A DNA stretch of 63,857 bases, filler included. It is 5 parts of 5 records of this genome, joined end to end, with 100 filler letters (N's around TTAATTAATTAA, not from the genome) between each part and the next. Parts side by side here need not be neighbours in the genome. Positions count along the whole stretch, not along the records: positions 58,058 to 63,857 come from SRR20825019_133; 4 more parts are not named here. One strand, given 5' to 3'. Positions within the stretch are counted from its first letter, which is position 1. Each line of letters starts with the position of its first letter. Shown piece by piece: positions 61,680 to 63,857 of this stretch. Below the pieces are notes generated by a model that did no database searches, had not been told where the DNA came from, and saw nothing but the letters and a program-made list of their open reading frames with translations. A program made the translations under genes and the position numbers.

Positions 61680-62573
61680 ATGGCAGATCCACTTTCCGAT
61701 GTTGTCAGGCTTCTCCGGCCCGGCGCCGTGTTTTCAAAGGGCATCAGCGGCGCCGGTCGCTGGGCCGTGCACTACGCCGAATTCGGCCAGCCGGGTTTTT
61801 GCGCGGTGCTCGAGGGGCGCTGCAGGCTGGCCGTCGATGGCGAGGCCCCGGTGGTGCTCGAGGAGGGGGATTTCGTGCTGCTGTCCGCCACCCCGGCCTT
61901 CACCATGTCCGGCATGGAACCGGTGCAGCCGGTCTTCATCGATCCCAAAGCCGATCCCTTGCCTGATGGCGCGGTGCGTTACGGGCGGCAGGAGGGGCCG
62001 GCCGATCTCAGGCAGTTCGGCGGCTGGTTCAGTTTCGCGTCGCCCGACGCCGGTCTCCTCGTGTCGCTACTGCCGCGCATGATCCATATCCGCGGTGTTT
62101 CGCGGCTCGCGCAGCTCGTCCGCCTCGTCGGCGAGGAGGCCGCAGCGGAGGAGGTCGGCCGCGAACTGATTCTGGAGCGCTATGTCGAGATCCTGCTGAT
62201 CGCGGCGCTGCGGGCGGTGCCGGCAGAAAGGACGCTGCCCGGCCTGCTCAAGGGCCTTGCCGATCCCCGGATCGCGGCGGCGCTCAGGGCCATGCATGGC
62301 GATGTCGGTCGCGCCTGGACCGTGCCGGACCTTGCCCGCGTCGCCGGCATGTCCCGTTCGGCCTTCTTCGATCGTTTCGCCCGCATGCTCGGGACCCGGC
62401 CGATGGAATATCTCGCCGGGTGGCGCATGAGCCTTGCCAGGGACCTGCTGCGCCACGGCGGCCAAACGCTGGACGAGATCGCCGAGACGATCGGCTACAG
62501 CTCCGCAAGCACCTTCAGCACCGCCTTCAGCCGCCATACGGGCAGCCCGCCCGGACGTTTTCGGACCTCATAA
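61680..62573 (+). CDS. AraC regulator with cupin domain
   Basis: DPLSDV, GMSRSAF, IGYSSASTFSTAF. Confidence 0.9.
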   Translation: MADPLSDVVRLLRPGAVFSKGISGAGRWAVHYAEFGQPGFCAVLEGRCRLAVDGEAPVVLEEGDFVLLSATPAFTMSGMEPVQPVFIDPKADPLPDGAVRYGRQEGPADLRQFGGWFSFASPDAGLLVSLLPRMIHIRGVSRLAQLVRLVGEEAAAEEVGRELILERYVEILLIAALRAVPAERTLPGLLKGLADPRIAAALRAMHGDVGRAWTVPDLARVAGMSRSAFFDRFARMLGTRPMEYLAGWRMSLARDLLRHGGQTLDEIAETIGYSSASTFSTAFSRHTGSPPGRFRTS

Positions 62574-62619
62574 TCATATCGCGCTCGCCTCGCAAAACTG
62601 CTGCTGCTAGACTTCGCCC

Positions 62620-63180
62620 ATGTTTGATTTCGACACATGTGAAGCGGCGCGGCAGGCGCGCGATCCGGCGTTCGACGGCAGGTTCTTTACCGCCGTTCGC
62701 ACGACGATGATCTATTGCCGGCCGGTCTGCCCGGTGAAACAACCGCTGACCAAGAATGTCAGCTACTACCAGACGGCGGCGGCTTGCGAGCGGGCGGGGT
62801 ATCGCCCGTGCCTGCGTTGCCGGCCGGAGAGCGCGCCGTTTTCGCCGGCCTGGAACGGCACGCGCACCACGGTCGAGCGGGCGCTGAAGCTGATTTCCGA
62901 GGGTGCGCTTGACAATGGTTCTGTCGATGAGCTTGCCGAACGCCTGGGCGTTGGCGTCCGGCATCTGTCGCGGCTGTTTGCCGTCCATGTCGGCGCCTCG
63001 CCGCTGCAGACGGCGCAGACGCTCCGGATCGGCAGGGCGAAGCGGCTTCTGGACGAGACGGCGCTTCCCGTCACCGAGGTCGCCTTCAGGGCCGGTTTCG
63101 GCAGCGTGCGGCGCTTCAATGCCGCCTTTTTACGGCTCTACGGGCGTCCGCCATCCTCGATCCGCAGGCCGGCGCGATGA
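62620..63180 (+). CDS. AdaA-like methylphosphotriester methyltransferase / AraC activator
   Basis: YCRPVC, RPCLRCRPE, AGFGSVRRFN; no AlkA or O6-methyltransferase domain. Confidence 0.88.
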   Translation: MFDFDTCEAARQARDPAFDGRFFTAVRTTMIYCRPVCPVKQPLTKNVSYYQTAAACERAGYRPCLRCRPESAPFSPAWNGTRTTVERALKLISEGALDNGSVDELAERLGVGVRHLSRLFAVHVGASPLQTAQTLRIGRAKRLLDETALPVTEVAFRAGFGSVRRFNAAFLRLYGRPPSSIRRPAR

Positions 63181-63695
63181 CGGCGCTGTTTTACACCTAT
63201 GTCGACAGTCCGGTGGGATCGCTGCTGGTCGCCGGCGATGGCAACCGGCTGCATTACATCTCGTTTCCGACCGGCCACAAGGCGTTCGGGCCGGACGCGG
63301 ACTGGCGGCGTTACGACGCCCCCTTCGCCGAGACGCGGCGCCAGCTTGATGCCTATTTCGCGGGCGAGTTGAATCAGTTCGATCTCGCCTACCATCTTTC
63401 GGGCAGCGGTTTCCAGAACCGGGTCTGGGAGTATCTGGCCACGATCCCTTATGGCGAGACGACCACCTACGGCACGATCGCCAGGGCGCTCGGCGATCCG
63501 AATGCGAGCCGGGCGGTGGGGACGGCGAACGGCAACAATCCGCTGCCGATCCTGTTGCCCTGCCACCGCGTCATCGGCGCCAATGGCGCATTGACCGGTT
63601 TCGGCGGCGGGCTGCCGACCAAGGAATATCTGCTGCGGCTGGAAAACGCGCTGCAGGAACCGCCGCAGGCGGACCTGTTCGCCGACCGTTTGTAG
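63177..63695 (+). CDS. ogt: Methylated-DNA-protein-cysteine methyltransferase
   Basis: IPYGETTTYG, RAVG, PCHRV. Confidence 0.92.
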   Translation: MTALFYTYVDSPVGSLLVAGDGNRLHYISFPTGHKAFGPDADWRRYDAPFAETRRQLDAYFAGELNQFDLAYHLSGSGFQNRVWEYLATIPYGETTTYGTIARALGDPNASRAVGTANGNNPLPILLPCHRVIGANGALTGFGGGLPTKEYLLRLENALQEPPQADLFADRL

Positions 63696-63746
63696 CAGTT
63701 CGTTGACAAACCCTGTTTGCAATCACGGAATTGCCTCCCTCTCCGC

Positions 63747-63857
63747 CGTCATCCCGGCCTTGAGCCGGGATCCAGTACGTGGCGAGTCCTTGCGCGCAAA
63801 GGCTCCTTTCTCAACTCACCACACATGGCCCTGGATGCCGGCTCGAGGCCGGCATGA
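63747..63857. repeat. REP/RIME-like palindromic element
   Basis: CGTCATCCCGGCCTTGAGCCGGGATCCAG...CTGGATGCCGGCTCGAGGCCGGCATGA. Confidence 0.7.

Noticed and set aside
1-63857. CRISPR array, rRNA, integrase or transposase
   Set aside because: No regularly spaced direct repeats or recognisable motifs seen by eye

Overview
This window is not one continuous locus. It is five contigs joined by 100-bp N/TTAATTAATTAA linkers (18844-18943, 47268-47367, 52650-52749, 57958-58057), apparently from more than one organism. Contig 1 (1-18843, all minus strand) encodes a giant (>4290 aa, 5'-truncated) beta-repeat/Ca-binding exoprotein, then TolC, a small membrane-fusion protein (MFP), a GAF-MFP fusion and a PqqD/RRE-like-M50 peptidase-MFP fusion that is missing from the ORF track. 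Together they form a T1SS-like exporter with no ABC/RND pump visible. Contig 2 (18944-47267, alphaproteobacterial) holds an RTX protein, fzlA, TauE, and a GNAT gene preceded by an unannotated Arg(CGA)-rich leader peptide with alternative hairpins. It also holds an M20 dipeptidase, an ICL-family/FAD-oxidase/serine-glyoxylate aminotransferase cluster, and an RTX + PrtD/PrtE T1SS operon with a methyltransferase and an apparently split ribofuranosyltransferase (HAD phosphatase plus gPRT-GT2 fusion). It ends with rpmJ and glcDEF. Contig 3 has an amidohydrolase, a polar amino-acid ABC transporter and a Fic gene. Contig 4 has TRIC/UPF0126, LysR, an aldo-keto reductase, an MFS transporter and an osmoprotectant ABC ATPase. 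Contig 5 has imuA-imuB-dnaE2 with LexA boxes, SDR/AraC and split ada/ogt. All family calls come from motifs read by eye; no database search was run.
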